The notes beneath the pieces were generated by a model, which searched no databases, was not told where the DNA came from, and was given only the letters and a program-made list of their open reading frames with translations. 64,000 nucleotides of DNA from NCBI GenBank assembly GCA_964016885.1, contig OZ024740.1, forward strand, positions 148,738,001-148,802,000. The letters run 5' to 3'. Made by a program: the position numbers and the translations under genes. The DNA comes from Eledone cirrhosa (lineage: Eukaryota). Below are positions 12,890 to 26,872 of this stretch, piece after piece (positions within the stretch are counted from its first letter, which is position 1; each line of letters starts with the position of its first letter).

Positions 12890-13380
12890 GAATGACAACT
12901 ATAATGACGGCAATAATAATAAAAAAAATGGAAACAAATAGAAAGAATGAAGAAAAAGAATGGGAAGGGGAGGGGATAGCAAGAGCTCTGGTGTCGCAGA
13001 AGAGAGGGGAGAAGTAAAGGGGAGGATGATTAGGCCTAGGGCAAGAGGGCAGAGGTGCTGCGCCCCGTGGACGATGGCCTGTGACACCCGCTGCAACAGC
13101 CACCCAACCTCGCGGCGCTCAGTCCTCAGACAGGCCGCCGACGCTCCGATCTTGCGGAGGAGCTCGGCAGTACAGGGTCCAAGTACGCCTGAGGTCTCGA
13201 CGGCGACCGGTGCGAAGATGAAGCGGCCGGACAATCCCCGGTATTTGTTTATTTTACGTTCTTCTGCGAGGCGGGCCGCGATGCAAGGGTTTGTGGCGGA
13301 AGCGACTATGTTGGAAGCGGAGAACGTGTCGCAGAAGGTGTCGTCCCAGATGATGGATCTACCTCCTTCAAAAATGGGAA
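12890..13380 (-). mobile_element. CRE-clade element 3' fragment (RLE domain)
   Basis: ORF 12899-13432: IIWDDT.CDTF, AEERKINKY, FAPVAVETSGVLG, WLLQRVSQAIVHG; homologous to 5078-5836. Confidence 0.82.
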
Positions 13381-14029
13381 GAAAGTGATTAAATTGAACC
13401 GCTATATTCGATTCAAAAATTAAAAAAGACACAAGAAATAGTCTATTTCAATGCCCTCCAGTGTAATATAATTTTAATGAGCTAATCTAAACAACTGGAA
13501 ATAAGTTGGGCCTTCCCAGATGTGTAATTCCTTGAAGGCGAAATGATGCCAAATAAAAGTGAAAGCCTCGTATTCATCTACGAGCATGTATGTTTAATTG
13601 ATTTTCAAACATAATTATTTTAGAAATTATAAAGATAACGATTACATGTTTATTCAGATGTATTTACAGATTTTTTTGTAATATTGCACAAACAAAAAAT
13701 AGAATTTAATGATTAAACTTAATATCTTATTGAATGTAAAAACACAAAAACAAATTCTCCATTCTTAGAGCCTAGCCGATGTTTGCAGATTCGTATATGT
13801 TATCATCTATGATAAAATCAGCTTAACTTTATCATTACATTTACATACACTTAAATAGTAGGTTCCAAATTGTTATGAATTGTAAAATATTATAATATAA
13901 TAATTACAATTAAATAATATTACGCATTTTCATATAATATTATACACGAACACACACACACGCACATATATAAATATATATATATCTATCTATCTCTCTC
14001 TCTATCTATCTCTCTCTCTCTCTCTATAA

Positions 14030-14083
<54 letters not shown>

Positions 14084-14085
14084 AT

Positions 14086-17000
14086 GTACAAAAACAGAGG
14101 ATGTAACAAAAAAAGAAACAATGAAAAATTCCCCAATAGGGGGGAGACTTCCGAGGGCCGTCGTGCTAAAAGCCCATTAAAAAATCCACGATGACCCTGA
14201 CCACCAGGGCAAGTGCCCTCTCCCAGTTTTCCACCTTCAATTTACAGGCACATACTCAGAGTTGGCCTATTCACACGAGTCATTCTTGCCTCTCTCACCC
14301 ATCTTTCAACAAAATGCTGAGAAGAGAGCACTTCCACCTCTACCCTGATTTTCCTTTTTAAATGAAATTTGAAAAAGTTAATCGGGGCATCAACGAAGAG
14401 GTAAGTGCTCGTCTTCAGCCCTTTCAAACGTGTCCACCATACTATCTCTTTCGCCATGGCCCCCAGATAGATAAAAATTGCCTGCCCGTCTCGGCTAAAG
14501 GAGGAGGGCGGAGCAATCCTCACGATGGACTCAGCTGATAGCTGGATCCGTCCTACACGCGACAGAAGGTGTTCGACATAAACCACGAAGTCACCAATGT
14601 TCGGACACGGGACGAGTGCATGCAGGACGCCAAGGTGGAGTTTCCACCGATCACATTACCCGATTGGTCGAGGGCTGTGAGCGCCTGAAGACATTCCAGT
14701 CTCCAGGCGCTCCCTCTCGGTCTTCGCTTGACCCAGGATTGCAGCTCCGTTAAGGAGACGAGCTGGGGAAAGACGCGTCTAGCAAATGGCGACCACACCT
14801 GATCCCTGTCGAGGAATAGGTGGAGATGTTGTAGCCTGAGCACGTGTCTGCGCATCATCGGCCACGGCATGCCCAGCCCTCCACGTAGCAGGTGTTGACA
14901 GCAGATGGACCGCCTGACCATCGGAGCGCGTCCCTTCCACAAAAAGCGAAAGAGCAAACGCTCCAGCGCAGTCAAGCGGGGCTTAGGACAAGGTACGACG
15001 GTCAGGCTGTAGTAGATGACTGACGCGATGTACGCGTTAGCCACCTCCGCTCGACCTTTCAGGGATAGCTTCCTCTCCGCCTATTTCTCGGTGAGAGAAG
15101 CCACCTTGCTCGTCACCTCATTCCAGTTTTTGTCCGTCTGGAGGTCCGGACCGACTCAGACCCCTAGCAATTTAACCGGTCCGTCCGTTCAGCGCCCGAC
15201 GACGCTGTTGGACGGCATGGACCTGCCTCTCCAGGTGCCGAGCTGCAACCCACCGACCTTTCCTGGTTGATCATTGCTCCTGTCACCGCCTCGTATTCTC
15301 TTAGTATAGTGCCGATCGCCTCAATGTGGTTGGCGTTCGACACCACTACGTCCGCATATGCTGACACGGATCTTCCGCATCCTAGTTCGCGCGGGATCCC
15401 CCTCAACGTCTCCAGTTTGTGCAGTAATGGCTCTAGAGTCAATACGTACAAGAGGGACGAGAGGGGACATGCTTGGCGGACCGAGCGCATGATGTTGAAC
15501 GGTTCCGAAAGGTGATCATTCACTCTCACCACAGAGCAGATGTCGCTGTGCATGGCAGCGATCCAGCCTCTGAAGACGGGCCCAAAGCCAGCCGCCCTCA
15601 GGACTGCCGCCAGATAGCGATGGTCGACCCTATCGAAAGCTTTCGACTGATCTAAATTGATCAAGGACCCACCCGTTCCAGGTTCCCTAGCTACCCTCTC
15701 CACGATTTATCGCATGAGGTGGAGGTTGTTGTAGATGGATCTTTCGGGAATGGCGCATGTCTGCGCCTCTCCCACCAGACCACCAACGACAAGCCCCAAC
15801 CTCTTTGCTAGCACCTTGGTCAAAATCTTGAACTCTGTGGTTAGCAGGGTTATGGGCCTGAAATTATCTATGTTATACCCCTTGTTCGGATCCTTTCTCA
15901 GCAACGCCACCGCTCCTCGGCTCACAGAGCTGGGAATTCTCCCGTTCTGTTACCAGTTGCAGTAGACGTCCGCCAAGAGGCCTTCGAACAAGTCTGGCAT
16001 ATGTACGTAACGTTCATAGGGCAGACCATCCAAACCAGGCCATTTACCCCTTGTGAAGCCAGTCATTTCCACCCATATTTCAGTTGTTGCTATCGGCTTT
16101 ATCCGCCTCTGTGGGCGAGAGCCGCGGCAGTCCGTCGCGGTAGATACTAAAGTCCATCCCTCGATCCGGCCCGCCGCTGCCCCTGAGCAGCTGAGCGAAG
16201 TGTTGCTGAAAAGCTTCACACATTTGCCTGGGATCGAGTAGCATGCGCCCGTCGTGGTTCACCAAAGACCGGATCGTGGCTTTGTTGCCACGACGCGCCT
16301 CCGTCACTCGGGCCCATTGAACGGCTTTCGTCCCCTCGTGTCTGAGAGCACGCACCCTGGCTCTGACAACGCAGCCTTCGTGCTTTGCAATGAAGAATAG
16401 GACAAGGATCAATTACGCCGCAAGTACGTCTGTAGCGATGCTTTTTCTAAGCGCTCCGTCTAATTTTCTAACCAGTTCTCCCTCTGCTCTATTTTTCTCT
16501 ATTGCTAAAGCCTTACTAAACTTAATGGACTCTATTCTAATCGCTCTTTCCAGAGCAAACCACCATTTGTTGCTGACGATGGCCCCTGTCAACGCCCGCT
16601 TAACTAGTTCGCTAATCCGGTCTCTGTAGGCCTTGCGCGTTGTTAATGACGCGTTCAGATTCCAGTAGCCGGGTCCTTGTCTATGAAGCCTATCTAAGTC
16701 AACCACACAGATCACGAATTTGTGGTCCGTGTAGCTGACTATCTTGAATTGTGGACAGCCTATGCTAGACCTATCAATTTCCCTACAAAATACTCTATCT
16801 AGATATGATCTGGATGACCCTATACGATTTGTCCAAGTCCACATTGGCACATTCGGGAAATCCAATCGGTACCTGTCAGACAGTTCAAAACGCCCGAGCA
16901 GGTTGTTGAGGCTCTTGCACCGTCCTCCCCTATCCGGTAATCCTACACAGTCCCAGCGTGCATCCAACATCCCGTTCCAGCCGCCCACAAACACTAAAGA

Positions 17001-19385
17001 GCGGGACGTTCCAAGAAAGGTCTCCAGACGACGGAAGAAATCAGGCCGCCGTGTCGGGGCATAGACGCCCACTAGCCTGAAAGTTTGCCCATCTCCGCTG
17101 GTCAAGTCCAGCACCACCAACTTACCTTCTGGGTCCAGGAAGATGGCCCTTATGGCGAGTTCCAAACCACTCCGAAAAAGCACAGCAATTCTCCCCCCGA
17201 TCCAGGACGGCTGGGAGATGCGTATACATCGTAGCCGCCTAAGATCGGTGCGAAGGCCCGTGCTTCGGAGGTTCTGGTCTCGCTGATGGCCACCACATCT
17301 ATGTTTAGTGACCTGAGGTCGTTGAGCAGGTGGCCCTACTTCCATGACGACCCCAAGCCACATGCATTTATGCTGCCTATTCTGAATGAGGTCATGTTAA
17401 AAAGGAGTGGAAAAAGATAGGAAAGACCACTTACTCACTTTTCGTAGGGTGAGGATGGTTTGTCCATCCTTCTCATTGCTTGTGGCCTCCTCCGGAAGGA
17501 TGTCCTTATAAATACTCCTGGAGAGTGTTTGTCGGAAGTCTCCGATGTCTTTGGGAAATTTTTGTTTTAGTGTCATGTACGTTTTCTGTGTGATGCGAGT
17601 GATTTGTATGTGTGGAGGTGGTGTGAATTTTTGGGGTGTTGTGTAGTCTTTATCTGTGATGCTGGAGTGGATGGTGGCATAACTGTCTTATCTTTTTTGT
17701 TTGTTTGTTTATTTGTTTCCCCCTGCATTTTGTTTTTGGAGGGGGAAGGAAGAGGATTTTTTCTTTATTGGGTTCTTTTTCTTTTTTTTTCTGATACAGT
17801 CTCCCACTCCTCGTCGTCACAATCTGTCTCCAGTTGCGATATGTCGGGGGGTGGAAAATCCTCCACAGGCGTTGGTTTTGGTTGTGGCGTGGCGGATGGT
17901 GGAGGCGCTGGTGCTAATTCTAGCATGGTGGGTGGTGGTGGTGTTGGTTTTGCTACTGTTGCTGGGGTTGTTGCTGCTACCGTTGCTTCTGTTGTTGCTG
18001 CTACAGTTGTTGCTGCATTTCTGCTGCTGGTGGTGTTGATGGTTGAGTCACTGGGGTGGGTAAGAGAGGTGGCCTCAACTTTTTAGCCTGAGGGCAGAAA
18101 GCCTTTAGGTGGGTTCCTTCACCACAAACGACACACCTAGGCCTTCTACCCGCGACGATTACGGTGAGGTGGCTGCCGTCGGTGAGGTCTATCACCTCTG
18201 GAATTTCCTCAATGTTTTTTGGTCCGCTTCGATCAGGAGGTCCATCCCAGATCCGGACCAGTTCTCCTGCTTTTCTTTCGTTACTTCAATTATTTTCGAG
18301 TTGGCCTCGATACCGGCGAGGACGGCAGCCATTAGCCGGGGAATTTCGATGGCCGGTGGAACGTGGGTCACCCTGATCTTCACGAGTCTCTGACCACAAT
18401 AGCTTGGGACGAGTGTGAAGTCGTCACTTCTTAACGGTGCCATGGAGTGCTCTCTGGCTTCCTGTGGTGTTCCAAAGAACACGTCCACGGTTCTATATTT
18501 CTGCCCACGTCTGATGTGGGTTTTTTTCGCCCATGTCCCAAAGCTTTTTGTATGTGGGACACGGATACTCGTTCCACTCGGCGTCATTTTGTGTTTATTG
18601 GCCGATATGTCACGGTGCATAGGCGCCGATGCTCCATTTTATTAGATGTTGACCCTGTACCCATCTTTATTTATCATTCTCTTGGCTTCATTTAATTCAT
18701 CCCGGCTTACCTCGATTGTTTCGCTTTTCTTGGCTGCTTTGTCAAATGACACATTTTGTTTTGCTGTGGTGTTGATGTTGTTATTCTCATTGTTGTTGTT
18801 GTTGCTGTTGTTGTTATTGTTATTTTTAGTTGCTGTTATTGTTATTTTTAGTTGAGGTGGTGGTGGTGTCAGTGGTCTTCGGCGTGGAAGAGTCGATTCT
18901 GGGTGAATCCATTTCGATGTCACGAGATAATAATTTTTTTTTCTGTGGTCTCTGTGGTGGTGTTCGTTGTTCTTTTTGACATTGTGGTGGTGAGGGTGGC
19001 GGCTTTAACACCTGCAGTTATTGGTAATGGCGGGAAATCCATGTCTTTATGCGGTAAATCTAAATAATTGAGACTGCTATTAATTATATTTTCAGTGTTG
19101 GCAACCGTGGCAAGGCTTACAATGGTGTTGGTCGTGGTGGGGGAGGGGGATGTTGGTTTGTTAAAAACAGGAAATTTGTCGTCCATGTTTTTTTTTCAAA
19201 GAAATATTTTGTTTGATATTGGGGCTCAAGGCCCCAATATTCTTTGGTGTCCTTTTCAGAAAGCAATATATGTGAACTTATAAACACTTAACAACAAAAA
19301 TTTTCCATAACTGGCAATTTGAAACAACTGAAAACAACAGACCTTTGCGGAGTTCACGATAATACGATTTCTTACATAGGTCGCC
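14086..19385 (-). mobile_element. Tx1-clade LINE, 5'-complete but decayed (frameshifts, internal deletion near 14628)
   Basis: ORF1 pieces with CVVCGEGTHLKAFC knuckle; ORF2 APE/RT pieces (16413-17363, 15164-15925, 14242-15044) highly similar to 21195-27078; 5' end GGCGACC abuts (ATT)n. Confidence 0.93.
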
Positions 19386-19404
19386 AATAATAATAATAAT
19401 AATA

Positions 19405-19439
<35 letters not shown>

Positions 19440-19624
19440 TGTTTCTACTTTAGGCACAAGGCCAGCAATTACCCAGTACATTACTGGTACTTTATTTTAT
19501 CGACCCCGTAAGGATGAAAGGCAAAGTCAACCTCGGCGGGATTTGAACTCAGATTGTAAAGGGACGTAACTATGCTGGAAAGCATGGCGTCCGACCCTCT
19601 ACTGATACTGCCAATCCACTGCCC

Positions 19625-19625
<1 letters not shown>
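19440..19625 (-). mobile_element. tRNA-derived SINE, full length, inserted in (AAT)n
   Basis: A and B boxes, conserved core, GGCCTTGTGCC tail; (AAT)n on both sides (19386-19439, 19626-19688). Confidence 0.9.
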
Positions 19626-19688
<63 letters not shown>

Positions 19689-21141
19689 CAAGCACTCGAC
19701 AATGAGGGAAAGGATAAGGAAGGAATGTTACCGCAGAGTAAGAGCAATCTTAAGAACGGAATTGAATGCAAGGAATAGGATCGATGCCATAAACACGCTT
19801 GCCATACCAGTAGTAACCTACAGTTACAATGTCATCAACTGGTCAAGCACAGAGATCCGTAGGCTCGATACAAAAATTCGAAAATTATTAACCATGCACA
19901 GAATGCATCACCCTAAAGCAGATATAGATAGAATATATCTCCCTAGGAAAGAAGGAGGACGTGGGATAATCCAGTTAGACATTGCGTTGAAAACTGCAAC
20001 AATTGGATTATCTACATATCTAAGGGAATCACATGATTGGATGATCAAACTCGTTTTGAAACACGAAAGCATCAAAAGATCATATTCCATTACAAAAGAT
20101 GCACAAAGATACAGTAATGGACTACAAATTTCAGAAGTCCCATTTACTGCTGAAATGGAAAACACAGAAAAAGCAAAGCAGGTAAAAGTAACTACAAAGA
20201 AAGAACTGCTACAGAAACTGGCTAAGAAATGGCAAGAAAAGCCTCTGTATGGAAAATACCCAGAGCGAGCTAACAATCCTGATGTTGACAAAACTTTAAC
20301 CCATCAGTCAGTGGTTGGCATCCTCTGGACTGAAATCGGAGACTGAAGGACTGATTATATCAGCACAAGATCAGTGTCTGCCAACAAAAAATTACCAAGC
20401 CAACATAATAAAAAATGGGTGCAGCCCATTATGCCGTGTATGCAACAAACAACCAGAGACCATTGACCATATAATTTCAATGTGCAGTCCTATAGCTCCA
20501 ACCGAATACCTAAACAGGCATGACAGAGCTGCACAATACATACATTGGATAATGTGTAAGCATTTTGACCTGCCCCATCAAAAGAATTGGTGGGAGCATC
20601 AACCACCTCCCATACTTGAAAAAGATCACATCTCAATCTTGTGGAACTTTAGCATCCAAACAGACCGAAAAATAGATGCAAACAGATCTGATATAATATT
20701 GAAAGACTTTCAAAAGAGGGTATGCCTGCTAATTGATATGTCTATCCCAATAGACAAGAATGTATCTATAAAAACATTTGAAAAATTGAGCAAGTATAAG
20801 GACCTGGAGATAGAAATTGGAAAAATGTGGAAATTGAGAAGTAAAACAATACCAGTGGTTGTAGGCGCTCTGGGAATGATATCTAAGGGGTCTAATGATT
20901 ACATATCGCAAATCCCAGGAAACCCGCGTATAGGAGAAATACAAAAGATAGTACTAATGGGAACTGCCCATATACTAAGGAAGATTCTGTCAATATAAGT
21001 ACATCACAAGTCTAAACACTAAAGATGCATGTGTGAATATGTATGTTATTTCTTGAACATGGCGGACCTTGTTGTCTCTTGAGGTCACTGGTTGTGACTT
21101 GGTGATAACTCGTATGAACATAAAGCAAGATAAATGCAACT

Positions 21142-21142
<1 letters not shown>
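19689..21142 (+). mobile_element. R4/Dong-clade retrotransposon, 5'-truncated, in (TAA)n
   Basis: HHPKADIDRIYLPRKEGGRG; ETEGLIISAQDQ; CRVC...ETIDHIISMC; RHD; NRSD; LIDMSIP; KLSKYKDL; IPVVVGALG; frameshift from a CAGT duplication at ~20305-20312; (TAA)n both flanks. Confidence 0.9.
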
Positions 21143-21195
<53 letters not shown>

Positions 21196-21437
21196 TTTTC
21201 TTTATTAACCACAAGGGTTCACATAAAGTAGACATTAAGGACAGTACAGGACAATACAGGACGGTACAAATGGGCATTTCTGCGTGTAAAAAAACAGAGG
21301 TTGAAATAAAATAACAAAGAAAAATTCCCCAATAGGGGGGAGACTTCCAAGGGACATTTGTGGAGAAAGCCCATTAAAAGACCACAGTGGCCCTGACCAC
21401 CAGGGCAAGTGCCCTCTCCCAGTTTTCCACCTTTAAT

Positions 21438-24400
21438 TTACAGACACATACTCAGAGAAGGCCCATTCATTCGGGCCATACTTGCTTCTCTCACCCATCT
21501 TTCAACAAAATGCTGGGAAGAGAGCACTTCCCTCTCTACCCTGATTTTCCTTTTCAAATGAAATTTGAAAAAGTTAATCAGGGCATCACCGAAGAGGTAA
21601 GTGCTCGTCTTCAGCCCTTTCAAACGTGTCCACCATACTATCTCTTTCGCCATGGCCACCAGACAGATAAAAACTGCCTGCCCTTCCAGGCTAAAGGAAG
21701 GGGGCGGGGCAATCCTCACGATGGACTCAGCTGATAGCTGGATCCGTCCTACACGTGACAGCAGGTGTTCGACATAAACCCACAAGTCAGCAATGCTCGG
21801 ACACTGGACGAGTGCGTGCAGGACGGTTTCGTCGCCCTGCGCGCATCTCGGACATGCCCGGCTGACGGCACCTCCATGCCTGTAGAGTTTATCCCGAACT
21901 GGCAAAGCTCCTCGGTAGCACTGCCAGGCCAGGGATTTCTGGAAGTTGTCCATAGGCCCCGGCCCGAAAGTCCTTCCGAAGAGATTGGCTAGTTGATTTT
22001 CGTCGACGCCTAGAGTTTCTCCAAGTACGTCGTCGCTCTTCCCCTCCACTAATCACCTATAGAACGCCAAGGTGGAGTTTCCACCGATCACATTGCCCGA
22101 TTGGTCGAGGGCTGTGAGCGCCTGAAGACATTCCAGTCTCCAAGCGCTCCCTCTCGGTCTTCGCTTGACCCAGGACTGCAGCTCCGTCAAGGAGACGAGC
22201 TGGGGAAAAACGTGTCTTGCAAACGGCGACCACACCTGATCACCGTCGAGGAAGAGGTGGAGATGTCGTAGCCTGAGCGCGTGTCTGCGCATCATCAGCC
22301 ACGGCATGCCCAGCCCTCCACGTAGCGGGTGTTGACAGCAGATGGACCGCCTGACCATCGGAGCGCGTCCCTTCCACAAGAAGCGAAAGAGCAAACGCTC
22401 CAGCGCAGTCAGGCGGGGCTTAGGACAAGGTACGACGGTCAGGCGGTAGTAGATGACGGATGCGATGTACGCATTCGCCACCTCCGCTCGACCTTTCAGG
22501 GATAGCTTCCTCTCGGCCCATTTCTGGGTGAGAGAAGCCACCCTGCTCGTCACCTCGTCCCAGTTTTTGTCCGTCTGGAGGTCTGGACCGAACCAGACCC
22601 CTAGCAATTTAACCGGTCCGTCCGTCCAGCGCCCGACGACGCTGTTGGACGGCATGGACCTGCCTCTCCAGGTGCCGAGCTGCAGGCCCACTGACTTTTC
22701 CTGGTTGATCATTGCTCCTGTCACCGCTTCGTATTCTCTTAGTGTAGTGCCGATCGCCTCGATGTGTTTGGCGTTCGACACCACTACGGTGACATCGTCG
22801 GCATATGCTGACACGGATCTTCCGCATCCTAGTTCGCGCGGGACCCCCCTCAACGTCTCCAGTTTGTGCAGTAATGGCTCGAGAGTCAATACGTACAATA
22901 GGGACGAGAGGGGACATCCTTGGCGGACCGAGCGCATGATGTTGAACGGTTCCGAAAGGTGACCGTTCACTCTCACTACAGAGCAGATGTCTCTGTGCAT
23001 GGCAGCGATCCAGCCTCTGAAGACGGGCCCAAAGCCAGCCGCCCTCAGGACTGCCGCCAGATAGCGATGGTCGACCCTATCGAAGGCTTTCGACTGATCT
23101 AAATTGATCAAAGACCTACCCGTGCCAGGTTCCCTAGCTACCCTCTCTACGATGTATCGTATGAGGTGGAGGTTGTCGTGGATGGATCTGTCGGGAATGG
23201 CGCATGTCTGTGCCTCTCCCACCAGACCACCAACGACAAGCGCCAACCTCTTTGCTAGCACCTTGGCCAAAATCTTGAACTCTGTGTTTAGCAGAGTTAT
23301 GGGCCTAAAATTATCTATGTTATCCCCCTTGTTCGGATCCTTTCTCAGCAGCGCCACCGCTCCTCGGCTCACAGAGCTGGGAATTCTCCCGTTCTGTTGC
23401 CAGTTGCAGTAGACGTCCGCCAAGAGGCCTCCGAACAAGTTTGGCATTTGTACGTAAAGTTCATAGGGCAGACCATCCAAACCAGGCGATTTACCCCTTG
23501 TGCAACTAGTCATTGCATCCCGTACTTCAGCGGTCGTTATCGGCTTTTCGCAACACTCCGCCTCAGTGGCCGAAAGCCGCGGCAGTCCGTCGAGGTAGAC
23601 ACTAAAGTCCATCCCTCGATCCGGCCCGCCACTGCCCCCGAACAGTTGAGCGAAGTGACGCTGAAAAGCTTCACACATTTGCCCGGGATCGAGTAGCATG
23701 CGCCCGTCGTGGTCCACCAAAGACCGGATCGTGGCTTTGTTGCCACGACGCGCCTCCGCCACTCGGGCCCATTGAACGGCTTTCGTCCCCTCGTGTCTGA
23801 GAGCACGCACCCTAGCTCTGACAACGCAGCCTTCGTGCTTTGCATTGAAGAATTGGTCAAGGGCCAATTTCGCCGCAAGCACGTCGGTCGCGATGCCTTT
23901 GCTAAGCGCCTCATCTAATTTTCTAACTAATTCTCCCTCTGCTCTATTTTTCTCTATTGCTAAAGTCTTACTAAACCTAATGGACTCTATTCTAATTGCT
24001 CTTTTCAGAGCAAACCACCACTTGTTGTTGACGATGGCCCCCGTCAACGCCCGCTTAACTAGTTCGCTAATCCGGTCTCTGTAGGCCTTGCGCGCTGGTA
24101 AGGACGCGTTTAGCTTCCAGTAGCCGGGTCCTCGTCTATGAAGCCTATCTAAGTCAAGCACACAGATCACGAATTTGTGGTCCGTGTAGCTGACTATCTT
24201 GAATTGTGGACAGCCTATGCTAGACCTATCTATTTCCCTACAAAATACTCTATCTAGATATGATCTGGATGACCCTATGCGATTTGTCCAAGTCCACATT
24301 GGTACATTCGGGAAATCCATTCGGTACCTGTCAGACAGTTCAAAACGTCTGAGCAGGTTGGTGAAACTCTTGCACCCTCCTTCCCTATCCACTAATCCCA

Positions 24401-24857
24401 CACAATCCCAGCGTGCATCTAAGATCCCGTTCCAGTCGCCCACTAACACTAAAGAGCGGGACGTTCCAAGAAAGGTCTCCAGACGCCGGAAGAAATCAGG
24501 CTGCCCTGCTCCTGTCGGGGCATAGACGGCCACTAGCCTGAAAGCTTGGCCGTCTCCGCTGGTCACGTCCAGCACCACCAACTTACCTTCTGGGTCCAGG
24601 AAGATGGCCCGTATGGCAAGATCCAAACCTCTCCGAAAAAGCACAGCAACTCCTGCCCCCGATCCCGGACGGCTGGGAGATGCGTACACATCGTAGCCGC
24701 CGAAGATCGGTGCGAAAGCCTGTGCTTCGGAGATTCTGGTCTCGCTGATGGCCTCTACATCTATGTTTAGTGACCTGAGGTCGTTGAGCAGGTGGCCCTG
24801 CTTCCATGACGACCCCAAGCCACGCGCATTTATGCTGCCTATTCTGAGTGAGGTCAT
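21438..24857 (-). CDS. Tx1 ORF2: APE endonuclease + reverse transcriptase + C-terminal zinc finger (one in-frame TGA at 22053-22055)
   Basis: SINARG, ISET, VYAP, GDWN, YLDRVF, TDHK (APE); KSPGLDG, FRPITLLN, DQSKAFDRVDH, VRQGCPLS, YADDV (RT); CPRC...ETVLHALVQC; 21438-22049 continues in the same frame. Confidence 0.93.
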
Positions 24858-24891
24858 GTTGAAAAGGAGTGGAAAAGATGGGAAAGACCAC

Positions 24892-26872
24892 TTACCTTAC
24901 TTCTCGTAGGGGAAGGACGGTTTTTCCATCCTTTTCACTGCTTGTGGCCTCCTCAAGAAGGATGTCCTTATAAATCCTCCTGGAGGGTGCTTGTCGGAAG
25001 TCTCCGATGTCTTTGGGGAATTTTTGTTTTAGTGTCATGTACGTTTTCTGTGTGATGCGAGTGATTTGTATGTGTGGAGGTGGTGTGAATTTTGGGGTTG
25101 TTGTGTAGTCTTTTTCTGTGATGCTGGTGTTGTGTTGGATGTAGTGTAATAATTGCTTGTTGTTCAAATTTAATGCTGTGTAGTGTGTATCGTTTTGGTT
25201 GTTTTGTTTTGTTTGCGTTTGTTGTGTTTCGTATTTTGGTGACTTTTGTGGTGTAGGTGATGGTGGTGCTGGGGTTAATGATGGTGATGGTGTTGGTGTT
25301 TGGGTTGATGGGGTTGGTGATGCTGGTGTGGATGGTGGCATATCTGTCCTAACTTTTTTGTTTCTTAATTTATTTGTTTCCCTCTGTATTTTGTTTTTGG
25401 AGGGGGAAGGAAGAGAATTTTTTCTTTTTTGGTTTCTTTTTTTTTTCCGGATATCGTTTCCCACTCCTCGTCGTCACAATCTGTCTCCAGTTGTGATAGG
25501 CCCGGGAGTGGAAAATCCTCCACAGCCGTTAGTTTTGGTTGTGGTGTGGTGGATGGTGTAGGCGCTGGTGCTAGTTCTGAAGCGTTGGGTGGTGGTGGTG
25601 TTGGTTTTGCTGGTGGTGGTAGTGTGTTGGTTTTGCTACTGTTGCTGGGGTTGTTGCTGTTATAGTTGCTTCTGTTGCTGCTGCTACAGTTGTTGCTGGC
25701 ATCTCTGCTACTGGTGGTGTTGATGGTTGTGTCACTGGGGTGGGTAGGAGAGGTGGCCTCAACCTTTTAGCCTGAGGGCAGAAAGCCCTTAGGTGGGTTC
25801 CTTCACCACAAACGACACACCTAGGTCTTCTGCCCTCGACAATTACCGTGAGGTGGCTGCCGTCAGTGAGGTCTATTACCTCTGGGATCTCCTCATTGCT
25901 TTTTTGGTCCGCTTGGATCAGGAGCTCCATCCCAGATCCGGACCAGTTTTCCTGCTTTTCTTTTGCTATTGCTATTATTTTCGTGTTGGCTTCGATGCCG
26001 GCGAGGACAGCCGCTATTAGCCAGGGAATTTCGATGGCCGGTGGAATGTGGGTCACCCTGATCTTTACGAGTCTCTGGCCACAATAGCTTGGGACGAGTG
26101 TGAAGTCGTCACTTTTTAATGGGGCCATGCAGTGTTCTCTAGCCTCCTCTGGTGTTTCAAAGAACACATCCACGGTTCCATACTTTTGCCCACGTCTGAT
26201 GTGGGTTTTTCTTGCCCACACATGTCCCAAAGCTTTTTGGATTTGGGACTCGGATGCCCGTTCCACTCGGCGCGATTTTACATTTATTGTTCTATACGAC
26301 ACGGTGCATAGGCGCCGATGCTCCATTTTATTAGGTGGCGGGGGTGAGGCTGACCCTGTACCCATCTTTCTTTACCATTTGTTTGGCATTTTCTAAATCC
26401 TCCTGAGTTACCGTGAATGCTTCAAACTGTTTTGCTACTATGGCGAAACTGAGGGTCGGTTTTATAATGTCATTGTTGTTGTTGTTGCTATCGTTATTTG
26501 TGTTAATATTAATTTTAGTTTCAGTTGTGGTGGTGGTGACGTCAGTCGTCTTTGGTGCGGAAGAGTCCATTTTGCTTGATTTCATTTCGACATCACGAGT
26601 TAATTTATTTTTTTCTTCTTTTGTTTCTGTTGTGGCGGTGGTGGGGGGATGGTGGTTGTCGCGGTGGTGGTGGTGGTGGAGGCTTTAACACCTGCAGTCA
26701 TTGGTAATGGCGGGAAATGAATGTCTGCCTGAGACAAATTTAAAATATTGCTACTGCTTATATTTTTTTTTGTGTTGGCAAACGTAGTAACATTTACAAT
26801 GGTGGTGTCGGTGTGAGGTGTTAATTTGTGAGGAAGGCTTTCAGCTGCTTGTTGGAGAGGTGAATTAGCCAT
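24892..26872 (-). pseudogene. Tx1 ORF1 (gag-like, CCHC zinc knuckle), frameshifted
   Basis: ATG at 26872; CVVCGEGTHLRAFC (CX2CX4HX4C); Thr/Pro-rich and basic segments split over four ORFs. Confidence 0.85.

Noticed and set aside
22453-26396. Plus-strand ORFs over the Tx1 element (and equivalents at 15016-18855)
   Set aside because: Antisense shadows of GC-rich ORF1/ORF2 with no independent evidence
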